Of a stretch of DNA of 64,000 nucleotides, positions 51,903 through 64,000 are shown piece after piece. The notes beneath the pieces were generated by a model that saw nothing but the letters and a program-made list of their open reading frames with translations, was not told the origin of the DNA and did no database searches. Each line of letters begins with the position of its first letter. Position 1 is the first letter of the stretch. The DNA lies in contig NC_083288.1 in assembly GCF_963506605.1 (NCBI RefSeq), forward strand, positions 45,942,001-46,006,000, in the 5' to 3' direction. This DNA is from Zootoca vivipara (lineage: Eukaryota). The translations under genes were made by a program, and so were the position numbers.

Positions 51903-54900
51903 ATGAGATTTAATTTGATTTCCTGGAATGTAAATGGATTGAATAAGAAAAGCAAAAGAAACAAGGTGGTACATTTATTGAAAAAGAGATCATGGGATAT
52001 AATATGTATTCAAGAAACACATATTTCACAAAAATATGAAACGTTATTAACAAAATGGGAAATTGGGAAATGAATTCGTTTCAGCTGATAAAAAGAAAAA
52101 AAGGGGAGTAGTCACGTATGTGAATCCTAAATTAAAAGCAGAAAAAATATTCCAGGACAATGAAGGGAGAATAGTAGGAGTTAAAATTGGATTGAGTATT
52201 GGAGAAGTAATAGTAGTCAATGTCTATGCTCCAAACGGATGTAAAGTAGAATTTTTTTAAAAAGTAGAGAAGCTGATAGGAGAAAACGTAAAAGAAGAAG
52301 GAATCATACTGGCAGGGGATTTGAATGGTATCATCAAACCAGATCTAGATAGAACAAATGCGGGAAGAAAGAAAGGAGGAAAATTACCCGGAAGCTTCCA
52401 ACAGTTGATTACAAATTTTGAAATGAAGGATATTTGGAGGGAAAGGAACCCAGGGGTGAAGAAATTTACCCATTATTCGGATGCAAAAAAATCCGCAGCC
52501 AGATTGGATGCAATATGGCTGACAAAAAGTCTACTGCCAGGAATAATAGAGTGTGATATATTGCCAAAACTTATCTCTGACCACAATCCAATTATGATTA
52601 AATTGGAAGATCAAAAGGAACATATAAAAAGATGGAGATTGGATGAAGATATTTTAAGGGATGAGGCCTTTGTAGAAAAATTAAAATTATCATTAAAAGA
52701 ATTTTTTGAAATAAATATTAGGGAAGAGACAAAATTAACAACAATCTGGGATACCAGTAAAGCATTCCTGAGAGGGCTTTACATACAACAAAAAGGAAGG
52801 AAACAAAGAGAAAGAAAAGAAAAAATAGAGGAGATTAAAAAGAAAATTGAAGAAAAAGAAAAAGAGTTAGGGAGAAATCCAAAAAAGGGAAAATTGGCAG
52901 ATCAAATTAAAATATTACAAAAAGAATTGGAAAATGTGGTAGACCAGGAATTGGAGAGAAAGTTGAGATGGAATAGACAAAGATATTTTGAATCTGGAAA
53001 TAAGGCCGGGAAATTCCTAGCCTGGCAATTGAGGAAAAAGCAAAATGAAAAAATCATAACAAAAGTTAGAGAGGGAGAAAAATGCTGGACAAAAATTGAG
53101 GATATACAAAGATGTTTAATGGATTTTTATAAAAATTTATATAAGGGAGAAGTAGGAAAGGAATTGGCAATAAAAAAATATCTAGCGAAATGTAAGGGAG
53201 AATTAATAAAGGAAGAAGAAAGGGAATTCTTAAATAACCCAATATCAAAAGAAGAGATAAGTATGGCAATAAAGAAATTAAAATTGGGAAAATCGCCAGG
53301 AACGGATGGATTGGGGAGCAAACACTATAAGATATTAAAAGAGGAATTATTGGAAATATACCAGAAAGTAGTGAATGAAGCTTTAAGAAAGGGAAATATT
53401 CCTCAATCCTGGCAAGAGGCATATATAACTCTACTGCCGAAAGAAAAAGGGGGGGAAATATCGGTATCAAATTTTAGGCCAATATCCCTCCTAAATATTG
53501 ATTATAAAATATATGCAAATATATTGGCAGATAGATTAAAGATAGTGTTGAATAGAATAATTGGCCAAAATCAACAAGGGTTCCTTCCAAAAAGGAAAAT
53601 AGCAAACAATATACGAATGCTCTTGAATATATTTGAATTCCTGGACTGGAACCCCGGGAAAAAAGCGGCTTTTGTATTTTTGGATGCGGAAAAGGCTTTC
53701 GACAGCCTATCGTGGGAGTTTATGAGAAGTGTGATGGGGAAAATTGGTATAAGGGGTAATTTTGCAGAAGGTGTGGGAGCAATATACAGAAAACAAACAG
53801 CCAAATTAATTGTAAATGGGAGAATTACGGAAGAGTTTGAAATTAGCAAAGGAACGAGACAGGGTTGTCCGCTTTCGCCCTTGCTGTTTATTTTATCAAT
53901 CGAATGCTTATTGAATGGAATTAAAGATGATGAAGAAATTAAGGGAATCAGAGTAAGAAAACATATAATAAAGGTGAGGGCGTTTGCGGACGACGTGGTG
54001 GTCATGTTAGAAGACCCGGAAGAGTCAGTAATTAAATTAAAAAAGAAGTTAGAGGAATTTGGCGAAGTATCAGGCTTTAAAGTAAATGTAAATAAGACAA
54101 AAATTATGACGAAAAATATAAGAAAAGGAGAGATAGAAAATTTGGAAAAATTGACAGGCTGGCAAACAGTTAAAAAAGTGAAGTATCTGGGCATAATGAT
54201 GACTACAAAAAATATAAATTTATATGAGAATAATTATTTAGAATTATGGAAAGAATTAAGAGAAGATCTGGAAAGGTGGAAAAATTTATTTTTATCAATT
54301 TCAGGAAGAATAGCGGCGATAAAAATGGTGGTGTTGCCAAAGATCTTGTTCCTTTTCCAAACTCTCCCGATAATAGGTAAAAAAACGGTATTTGATGATT
54401 GGAGAAAAATTTTAAGTAAATTTATCTGGGCAGGGGAGAAACCTAGAATTCAGTACAAACTATTAACAGAAATAAAAGAAAGAGGAGGTTGGGGTGTACC
54501 TGATCTGAGACTGTATTATGCTGCAGCGGGGTTTTGTTGGATCAAAGATTGGCTTACGCTGGAGAATGAAGAACTCTTAGATGTAGAAGGATTCCGCAAT
54601 ATTAAAGGTTGGCATTCATATTTATTGATGGAGCAAAAAGGGAACCCAAGAGAATTCTCAGATCATGTAATTAAAAAATCTTTGTATCAAATTTGGCAAG
54701 AATTCAAAAATTTAGTAGAGCCACAAAGCCCTTGGTGGGCATCCCCTGTGGAAATGACGGTAATGGGTAACATCAGGAGAGAGGGTAAGTGGCCCACCTA
54801 CAAAGATCTGATAATAAAGGAAGGGGACAGTCTGAATTTGAAACCATATGAAGAAATAAAGACATATTGCTCAAGCTGGTTGCATTATAATCAGATACAA

Positions 54901-55656
54901 AGTCTATTTAAAACACATATGAAAATTGGCTTCTCCAAAAAGGAATCTAAATTGCAAGAAATAATAATAAATAATGACAAGAAAATATTGGGGAAAATGT
55001 ATAAATTTTTATTAGATTGGGAATTAAAAGATGAATTAACCAAAAAGGTAATGATAAATTGGGCTACAGACATTGGAAAACCAATTTTAGTAAATCAGTG
55101 GGATAAATTATGGAAATTAGATACAAAATTTACAGCCTGTGTAACAATAAAAGAAAATATATTAAAAATGTTCTATAGATGGCATATAACCCCGGAGAGG
55201 ATTGCTAAATTTGATAGATCAGGGGATAACAAATGTTGGAAGTGTAGAGAAAAGACGGGGTCCTATTACCATTGTTGGTGGACATGCCCTAAGGTGGCAA
55301 AATTCTGGAATGATGTATATGAAAAATTAAAGAAGATGATAAAACATACATTTGAAAAAAGACCAGAACTATTCCTTTTAAGTATGGTCCCGGTAGATAT
55401 ACCAAAGGATAGAATAAATATTCTACTATACGCCTGTGCGGCAGCAAGGATACTGATTGCTTCAAAATGGAAAGAAGAAAAGGTACCGACAGTCCAAGAA
55501 TCGTTAGAAAAACTAATAGAGTATCTAAAATTGGCGAAACTAACGGCAATAGTAAGAGATGTACCTAAGCGCAAAATAATAGAAGAATGGAAATATGTAC
55601 AAAATTATCTGGAAAAGGAGAGTATAGAAAACAATATAGTAACGTGTCTAGAATAG
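51903..55656 (+). pseudogene. L1 ORF2 (APE endonuclease, RT, CCHC); one frameshift near 52050 and one stop at 52258-52260; last 1111 codons open
   Basis: ISWNVNG, IQETH, NVYAPN, GDLN, SDHNP (EN); FRPISLLN, LDAEKAFD, QGCPLSP, FADD (RT); CWKC...HCWWTC. Confidence 0.95.
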
Positions 55657-56606
55657 AGATATAAAAGGAGAGGGGAAAAGACCAGACAGTAGAAAAAATT
55701 AATAAAGGAAGGAAAGAGAAATAGCAGGAAAAGTGATCAGACAAAGGGAAGCGTGTTGTAAAAAGTAGGAAGAAATCTTCCTCTTCCTTTTCTTTTTTCT
55801 TTTTTTCTTTTTTATCTGCTTTTTTACTTACCTTTCTACTCTTATGTTGTGGATTCGCTGTTTTGCTCTTTTTGTTTGAATTTTCTTTCAATGTTGGATA
55901 TGATTTATAAGATTTATTTTGAGTTATTGAATCTTTATGTTTGAATGAATGGATTAGATAGGTATGAGTTATAAGGTTATATGATTTATATAATTTAGTT
56001 AAATTTTATGTTTTGTGTGAATGGATCTGACATGTATGAGATATATGATTTAAGGATTTGTAAATTTTTAAAAGATTAATAAAGTATATTTTTAAAACTT
56101 AAAAAAAAAATGTAATAATTAACCATACATGAGGTATAAATTACACTTTTCGATTAATATGAAAAACGATGTGTTCAGTCCGGCATGATATTTTTGATCA
56201 TGCAAATCTGGAGTCAAAGTCCCATATCTCATCTGCTTGGGGACCAGAGAAGACTTCTGCTCACAAATGGAAGACAAGAACCAACATGTTTCCTACCATA
56301 GGAGTCACTTAGTATCAAAACACTGAGAAAATAATTTCCCCTCTCACACACAAAGTTATCCACAGCACTGTCATTTGCTCAGGTGGTCAAAGCTCCAGAG
56401 ACTTTCAAAAGGGTCGGGGGGAAAACAGTCAGTAAGTAAGTCTGAAAGTGATTATAAATCAACACAAGTGCCATAGGAAGTTGGGATTAAATGCAAGAGG
56501 CGAGCAAGGAGAACTTTGACAATTTTCTCAAATTGCCTTCTCAAAGCTTGTTAGAAGGAAATAGGTGCAGGAGGGCTTATATAGAGAGAGAAACTTTGAG
56601 GAAAGC

Positions 56607-59600
56607 ATGTTAGGAAAAACAATGTTTCTTCTTCTTCTTCTGCCTTCTACTGTGTCCAAAGTAGATCCCATGAAATGTCACACAGGTGATCCCCTACCTA
56701 TACCACATGAATGGTACCAGCCAGGGGGTCTCCTCATTGGTGGGATTACTTCTCAGATGATATACTTCTTCCATGAAATTCTGTTCGAGGAACAGCCTTC
56801 TCAGAATCTCTTTGACATTCCACAGTAAGGATTGTTTTAGCCAAATCTGCTAAATTGCATGAATTTTGTAAATGCAGAAGAAATCTAGGGTATAATGCTG
56901 TAATGATTTGTGAATGGGGACATACATCTTTATGTATATTCATTCTGCATTTGGATAGAGGTGAAGTATATTGCTATATTATTACCAATAATATATTGAG
57001 TTTCTAAAGGAACTAGGCATGATTGATGGCAAAGCCATATGTTATATGAAACACAATATAAATAAAGGTTGGCTGGGGAAATCATAACAATGCAGGGGAT
57101 CAGGAGCAATTGGAAAATATATTTCCATTCCTGTAAGATTCAATTGCTCATGTAGACTAGTGGGATTATAGAGCAACAGCTTCAAACATTGTAGGCACAT
57201 CTTCTGAATTAGAAAAATAATTCCATTCTCAGTGTGGTGACCAAGTTCCAGCAGGATGGATTTCCCTTGGCTATTGCTGTAAATAAACTTAATTCACTTA
57301 GATACAGGAATTATTCTATTCCTGCATTGTATACTCATATTCTGAATTAATGAAATTCTATTGACAGAGTCATTACCAAGTTTTACCAGCATGTTCTGGC
57401 TCTGGTGTTTGCCATAAATGATATCAACAAGAATCCCAAATTACTACCTAATGTGACACTTGGTTTCCACATCTGTGACACCTATCATGATGCAAAGATG
57501 ACCTATCGCACCATACTGGATCTGATCTTCAAGTCACATAGGTTTCTCCCAAACTACAAATATGCCACAGAGAAAAACCTCCTAGCCGTCATTGGAGGAC
57601 TGGGCTCTGACACTTCTTTCCATTTGATGGATGTCTTAGCTCTATATAAGATACCACAGGTAGGATATGTGCTTGGATGCTGGTGGTAATATTATATATT
57701 TCTGTATTTACAACTTGGAATTATGTTATGGTTCTGACGAAAGAGCTAGTGATATCAAATTTGCTTGAATTTCAAAGACCAGAAGAAAACCTAATGGAAA
57801 AAATAGACTACTCCTAACTTATTTACGCAGTATCTGTATGTTTCCTTATAGCTTGCATATGGCTCATTTACCATAGATGATACCAAAATAATGGAAGTTC
57901 CTCCCTTTTACCGCATGGTCCCAAACGGAAACATTGAGTATATGGGAATTATATGGTTACTTCAGCATTTTAGGTGGACCTGGGTTGGGCTCTTTGTTGT
58001 GGATGATAATAGTGGGGAGCAATTCCTAAAAATATTGGAGCCATTTTTTTCCGAAAATGGAATCTGTTCAGCTTTCACCAAAAGAATCCCACAAGAAGCT
58101 CATATGGAAGATTTCATACATCAGTTTTATGATTCCAGTGCAATTAATTTGTGTTTCCAAGATCGTAAAGCTGATACAATTGTCATGTATGGAGGCTCTT
58201 TAATAATTTTGCATCTGAGAGTTTTTATATATTCACAAGATTCAGGAAGTATGAAAAACCCATTATTTGGAAAGGTGTGGATTGTGACAACCCAAACAGA
58301 TTATATATTAACAGGTGCTGCAAGGGGATGGGATTTCCAGATGTTCCAAGGTGCTATTTCATTTGCTATCCACACAAATAACGTTCCAGGTTTCAGGGAA
58401 TTTCTTCATAATATAATCCCTTCCAGGATGGAAAGAGATGGTTTCCTTAAAATTTTCTGGGAGCAAGCATTTGATTGTTCATTTCCAGATCCAGGTATGC
58501 CTGTGATGGACAATGATATTTGCACTGGAGAGGAGAGGCTGGAGAGTCTCCCTGCAGGTCTTTTTGAAATGCACATGACTGGACACAGTTACAGTATCTA
58601 TAATGCTGTTTATGCTTTGGCCCATGCTTTGCATGCCATGGACTTGGCTAGATCCAAACATAAATCAAAGGCAGTTGGTAACAGTGTCAAACTTCAGTCT
58701 CTGCAGCCTTGGCAGGTAACGTTTCCCCAACAAATGATTTGTATTTCAAAGAACAGTTTGGACAGGGTGAGAATAGATTAATTTTTGTCTTTTTTGGATA
58801 AATAATGACAATTGTATAAATATTCTCATTTAAAAAATGAGGTTTACATTTCCTTTCTATGAATAAACTTGAAAGGAATGCCATTCTGAAATCTTCAGCA
58901 TGCTGTTATTCTGTTTTGATTTCCATCCTTTTTTTAAAAAAATAGCTCCACCAGTTTCTTCAAGGCATCTCATTTAACAATTCAGCTGGAGAAACCATGT
59001 CCTTTAATGATCAATGTGAAATGAGTGGTGGATTTGACATAATGAACTTGATCAGCTTCCCCAACAATTCCTTTCAGAGAATTAAAGTCGGAAGTGTTGC
59101 TCCACATGTTCCTGATAGGAAAGTAATTACCATTAGTGCGGATAAAATTGTGTGGCACGGATATTTTAATGAGGTATTTATTCTGGTTCTATCTTGGAGA
59201 GCCCCTTGTATTATTGAACTATGAAATAAGGAGTATATTTTCTCCATTACTTGATATTGCAATGGCAACTGAAACTCTAAAGTGAATTCTATTTTTCCTT
59301 TCACATTCAGAAACCAGAGGTGGTTTTAAGAAACCACAAACAGTTCTTCCCACACTGGGCAAAAAGCAGAGAGGGCTCCCAGTAAGCACTTACCCAATTA
59401 TGGAAGGGACATAGAATCTTCAACGTCCTCCTCAAACCCTAGTTAGCAATTGTCCAGTTTGGGAAGGAGCTGAGAGGATCTATGAGCCTGTTGATGCTCT
59501 TTCCCCTCCTTCACTCTTGGGTGGGTGGGTATTATGCTGTCATGTCTTCTGGGCTCCATTTGACATTAAGACAAATGCCAGAATCAATACATTTCATAAA

Positions 59601-62047
59601 GGGTGTCTATTTGTACATCACATTATGCCAACTTCATGGATATCATGATCTACTAAAATAAAACATAGAAAATGTTCAGATTGGCACACACCATTACACA
59701 AAGATTGTGTCCTCCTGACAACATTATCTTAGTGACCTGTCTTGCCTTTCTTCCTCCTTTGTCCCATTTCTTTGCTCTTGTAATGCAGTATCTCAACTAT
59801 GAAATCTACACCAATACATATATCACTTCAACAGAAATTGGATTGTACTAGATGACCCATATGGCCTCTTAGGGTCCTTTCCAATTCAACAATATATTAC
59901 TCATTACATTGTCTTTGCATGTTACATGTGAAAGAGTTGGGGCTCAATTGTAGAGCATATGTTTTCCATGTAAATTTTCCCATGTTCAGTCTTTCACATC
60001 TCCAGGAATGAGTTAGGAAAAACCCTGCCTGAAAATCTAGAGAACTGCCAGCACTAAGTTTCAACATTACTGTGTTAATGGTCTGAATTACTATCTGATA
60101 ATAGTGTAAGGTCTTCTGTGTTTCTGCTCTTTAAAAAACAATTCATATTCCTCTTGACTGCAATAGTCTCTAAGTGGTTTACAAGGATATAATACAAAAA
60201 ATTATCAGTTTATACTATGAAAACAAACCACGTTAACAAGTCCAATAGAACCAAACAAGAACAACATTGTGTTGGAACTTAATTGGGAACATGATGGCAA
60301 TTCTACTACTACTAAAGGCACACTCAGTCATGCCAGAATGGAATAAAGCAGGACCAGGAATGAATGAGGGGTGATTTCTAGGCATAGCTGCCAAGTTATC
60401 CCTTTTTAAAGGGATTTTCCCTCATGCTGAATAGGCTTCCTCGCGAGAAAAGGGAAAACTTGGCAGCTATGTTTCTAGGGAAATATTGGCTATTCAAGTT
60501 CTGCCAGAGCATAGTAACATCCTCTGACATTTATGGTCGCCCTGATAGCAATCATGATAAGAACAAAAGCTTCAATCGGTATTCCGTTCATATTCTTTTT
60601 GTCATTCCTGCATGCATTCTTCCAATTATTTTCTGGCAACTTACCTAGAGACACCTCTGTGAGATCTGCCATGATAATTGGAATTTCCCATAAATCATTG
60701 GAAGAGGGGGTAAAGAATACTTATTACCGTAAATCAAACAAGTTACACTGGCACAAACATCCTGCACCTATATATAAATGATTTTGTTTCATTGGAATGT
60801 TCTGGAGGGCTGCCTCCATTGTTATGATACTTCATCAGTAAGTGAGAAATATATATTTTTTCAATATAACTAATTCTTTAAAATAAAATAAACAACATTT
60901 ATATGGACAGGTGGTTACCCTTTCTGTGTGTAATGCATTTTGCCACCCTGGTCATCAGAAGAAAAGGAAGGAGGGTGAGAAGTTTTGCTGCTATGATTGT
61001 GCTCCATGTCCAGATGGGAAGATTTCCAACCAGACTGGTAGGTCATGTCATCTTGCCATAACAAAGGGTAAAAATGATTTGCTGTATTCAATGAATGGTC
61101 AGTAAGTTGAATCTCCCCCACCCCACCCCACCCATATTTCAGATATGGAAGACTGTTTCAAATGCCCAGAAGATCGGTACCCAAGCAAGAATAGAAGTCA
61201 ATGCCACCCGAAAATCAAACATTTTTTGTCTTATGAAGAACCTTTAGGGAAAGGCTTAGCTTCAGCTTCAGCTTCTTTTTCTTTCATCACAACCTTGGTG
61301 TTTGCTACCTTCATTAAGTATAAAGATACCCCCATTGTCAAAGCCAACAACCGGGACCTCACCAACACTCTCCTGGTCTCCCTCCTGCTCTGCTTCCTCT
61401 CTTCATTGTTATTCCTTGGCCAACCTGGGAAAGTGACCTGCCTTCTCCGACAACCAGCGTTTGGAATCATTTTCTCAGTGGCTGTTTCTTGCATGTTGGC
61501 CAAGACCACCATTGTTTCTCTAGCTTTCATGGCCACAAAACCAGGATCAGGAGTGAAGAAATGGATGGGGAAGAAGGTGTCATATTCAATTGCTGTTCCC
61601 TGTTCACTTGTTCAAATGGGTTTTTGCACGGTGTGGCTCTCAACCTTTCCCCCATTCCCTGATTTAGACATGCATTCAGTGAATGAAGAAATCATTGTAC
61701 AGTGTAATGAAGGGTCTGTCACCATGTTCTATTGTGTCCTGGGCTACATGGGTCTCCTGGCCATCAGCAGCTTCATTGTGGCATTCCTTGCCCGCAAGTT
61801 ACCTGACAGTTTTAATGAAGCAAAATTCATTACATTCAGCATGTTGGCATTTTGCAGTGTTTGGTTGTCCTTTGTTCCAACTTACCTGAGCACCAGAGGG
61901 AAAGGCATGGTGGCTGTGGAGATCTTCTCCATCTTGACGTCCAGTGCTGTGCTTCTGGGATGCATCTTTTTCCCTAAGTGCTACATCATTGTGCTGAGGC
62001 CTGAACTGAACAGCAGGGAGCAGATAATGAGGAGGAAACAACATTGA
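56607..62047 (+). CDS. V2R gene F, complete, ~877 aa: exons 56607-56824, 57368-57659, 57852-58715, 58946-59173, 60911-61037, 61143-62047
   Basis: Six exons (218/292/864/228/127/905 nt), GT-AG junctions, intact frame. Confidence 0.94.
60383..60471. mobile_element. 89-bp hAT MITE, same family, in gene F intron 4
   Basis: Same TIR, 8-bp TSD tttctagg; empty site near 22307 in gene C. Confidence 0.93.
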
Positions 62048-63779
62048 GGAATTTGCCCTCTCTTCTCAAATTATACTGGTTTGCGTGATGAGCATGTATA
62101 TCAGGTAGAAATCAGAAGAACAGGGGCTACAAACCTTTGGTCTCCCCGTGTGACTTGTGAGGCTGTTTCCCCTAAACCACTCTTGCCAGCCGTTCACCTT
62201 TCTTTATATATGAAGTCAAGGTAGCGGCAGGTTGAGACCTGACTGCAGACAGCGGGATGTAAGTCCTTGCACAACAGCTGATTTGTGGGGAGCTCACTGC
62301 TACTTACCCCAACTATGCTATGGATCTCCAGTAGGGCCACAACCATGCAAGAAACATAATTGAATCCCTAGATATCAGCTGTTACACTGACTATTTTTTA
62401 TTTGGGTGTAGTTGCCAATTTTGCTAGAAACTGGATTTTATTCCCACACTCTCCAGATAGCAGGATTGAACTCTCCACACATCGCCTGCTGCATGAGACT
62501 TTAATCCTGCTAGGCCATATCTCTCCCACCCACAAATGCCAATGTTGATTTTTACTTCTGATTATCTTTAAGTCTATCAAGAATGCTTAAATAAAGAGTC
62601 AAAGGGGAAAACCCCCAAAACCTATGATTTCCCCTTAGTTTAATTACCCCTCCACCTATCTTAGAAAAATATTATTTGTAAATAAGCCAATGTGAGCAAG
62701 GGATAAAATAAGATTAATGAAAAAGAACAGGATTAACAACCAAACAATAGTAAGAGAAATTGGTCAAGACCTAAGAGGAATCACTGAAATTATATCAAAT
62801 TGTCTATAGGAGCTAGGGATGGAGAGATAAGGATTTTGTTTTTGCATTTAGGTGAACCCAGCTAATTAAAACTCTACTAAACACCGAGAAATAAAATGCA
62901 GCTTTTATCTGAAAATTTCATAGATTTTTGTTGCAGTTCTCCAAATAGAATCCTTTTACATTAAGAAAGAAATATTGCTTGCAAATTGTGAACATTAGTG
63001 GATATTATATACAAGATGTGCTTATTAGCTGAAATCCATGCAAAAATGATAATGAATTTAGATTATTTGGGCTATAGAACACTAAAGGCAATATTCTCTA
63101 GAAAAAGGTGATAATGGCATTTCTGTTTTCACATGAAATATAATGACTAACATATTAATAAAGCCTGAAATTAAGGATAGACGCCTATGTCAATATATGT
63201 TTGTTGTTGTTTGCTGTTTTTTGGCCACCATGGTAAGATCAACCAAAGCATAATGATAGTGATAAAAACAATGGTATAATATTGAAGAATAGTTTTGACC
63301 AAAATACGTATTTATGTTGAAATATACCAAAATACTACTACTAATATACTTAATATAAAAAGGTTGAAAAGAATGAAACAAAATATATATTAAAATAAAA
63401 GGGGGTAAGAAAACGAATACATGTTAAAGCATCCAGATATATATTAAAAATAAAATTTAGATATCTATTAAATTTAGATATCTATCTAATTTAAATTTAA
63501 ATTAAATTAAATTAAATTAAATTTAGATATCTATTAAAAATAAAATTTGAATTTACCATATTAGCCTCAATTAAAATAATAATAATAATTCATTAGCTTT
63601 TGTTCTGCCACTAAAAATACTGCAACTATTTATTTCATCATTTTGTTGGAATCAGACAACAAATATGCAATTGTTGCTAGATGATGTTTTGTGGTTTCAA
63701 ATGCAGGAACAATTATTTTCAGTTTCTTGATGTTGTATAACTAATATGCTGACCTCACGATCAGTAAACTCAAGAGGGC

Positions 63780-64000
63780 CTCTGGTTTAGACCACAACAA
63801 TACCCATGTTCGAATCAGTGTGACGGGGTGAGCTCCTGTTGCTTTGTCCCAGCATTACCAGCAACAGCAGATGAATAGGTACCGTTACGGCAGGAAGGTA
63901 AACAGCGTTTTCATGCACTCTGGCTTCCATCACGGTGTTCTGTTGCACCAGAAGCGCATAGTCATCTGGCCACATGACTCAGAAAGTTGTCTGTGGACAA
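63780..64000 (+). mobile_element. Sauria-type SINE, runs off the window
   Basis: gttcgaatc...gacggggtgagctcc...ataggtaccg...ggaaggtaaac...ctggccacatgac, matching the family as I recall it. Confidence 0.8.

Larger units (their letters stand above)
49614..56107 (+). mobile_element. Full-length L1-clade LINE (~6.5 kb)
   Basis: 18-bp TSD aaatgtaataattaacca (49596-49613 / 56108-56125); CpG-rich 5'UTR starting GACTTCCGG; ORF1, ORF2, AATAAA at 56078 and short A tail. Empty sites in paralogous flanks near 40150 and 29550. Confidence 0.97.
17531..62128 (+). repeat. Tandem segmental duplication: four V2R units starting near 17531, 29619, 40222 and 56181
   Basis: Shared upstream block (ggcatgatatttttgatcatgcaaatctgg...), introns and, for C-E, 3' flanks at roughly 85-95% identity by eye. 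Confidence 0.95.

Noticed and set aside
53066-55891. Hydrophobic minus-strand ORFs within the L1
   Set aside because: A by-product of the A-rich L1 sense strand.

Overview
Eukaryotic genomic DNA from a squamate reptile; the Sauria-type SINE, Squam3-like SINEs and hAT MITEs suggest a lacertid-type lizard, which is an inference. The window is a vomeronasal type-2 receptor (V2R, class C GPCR) cluster. Two genes lie on the minus strand: A (exons 1-3 in the window) and B (complete). They sit head-to-head with four tandem plus-strand paralogs, C-F. I reconstructed B-F exon by exon with GT-AG junctions and consistent phases, giving intact 871-877 aa ORFs. An orphan exon 2 lies between C and D. The non-coding DNA is rich in transposons, many verifiable against empty sites in neighbouring paralogs: a full-length 6.5-kb L1, Helitrons, a Penelope-like element carrying two hammerhead ribozyme motifs in inverted repeats, solo LTRs, hAT MITEs and LINE/SINE fragments. 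The least explained feature is a 2.3-kb L1-mobilised element (12613-14913) with no RT ORF. Its 3' part carries four hairpins with an invariant GTGGCAG loop and compensatory stem changes, each followed by G-tracts. There is a 134-nt assembly gap at 45062-45195. No database search was possible, so family names and novelty are unverified.
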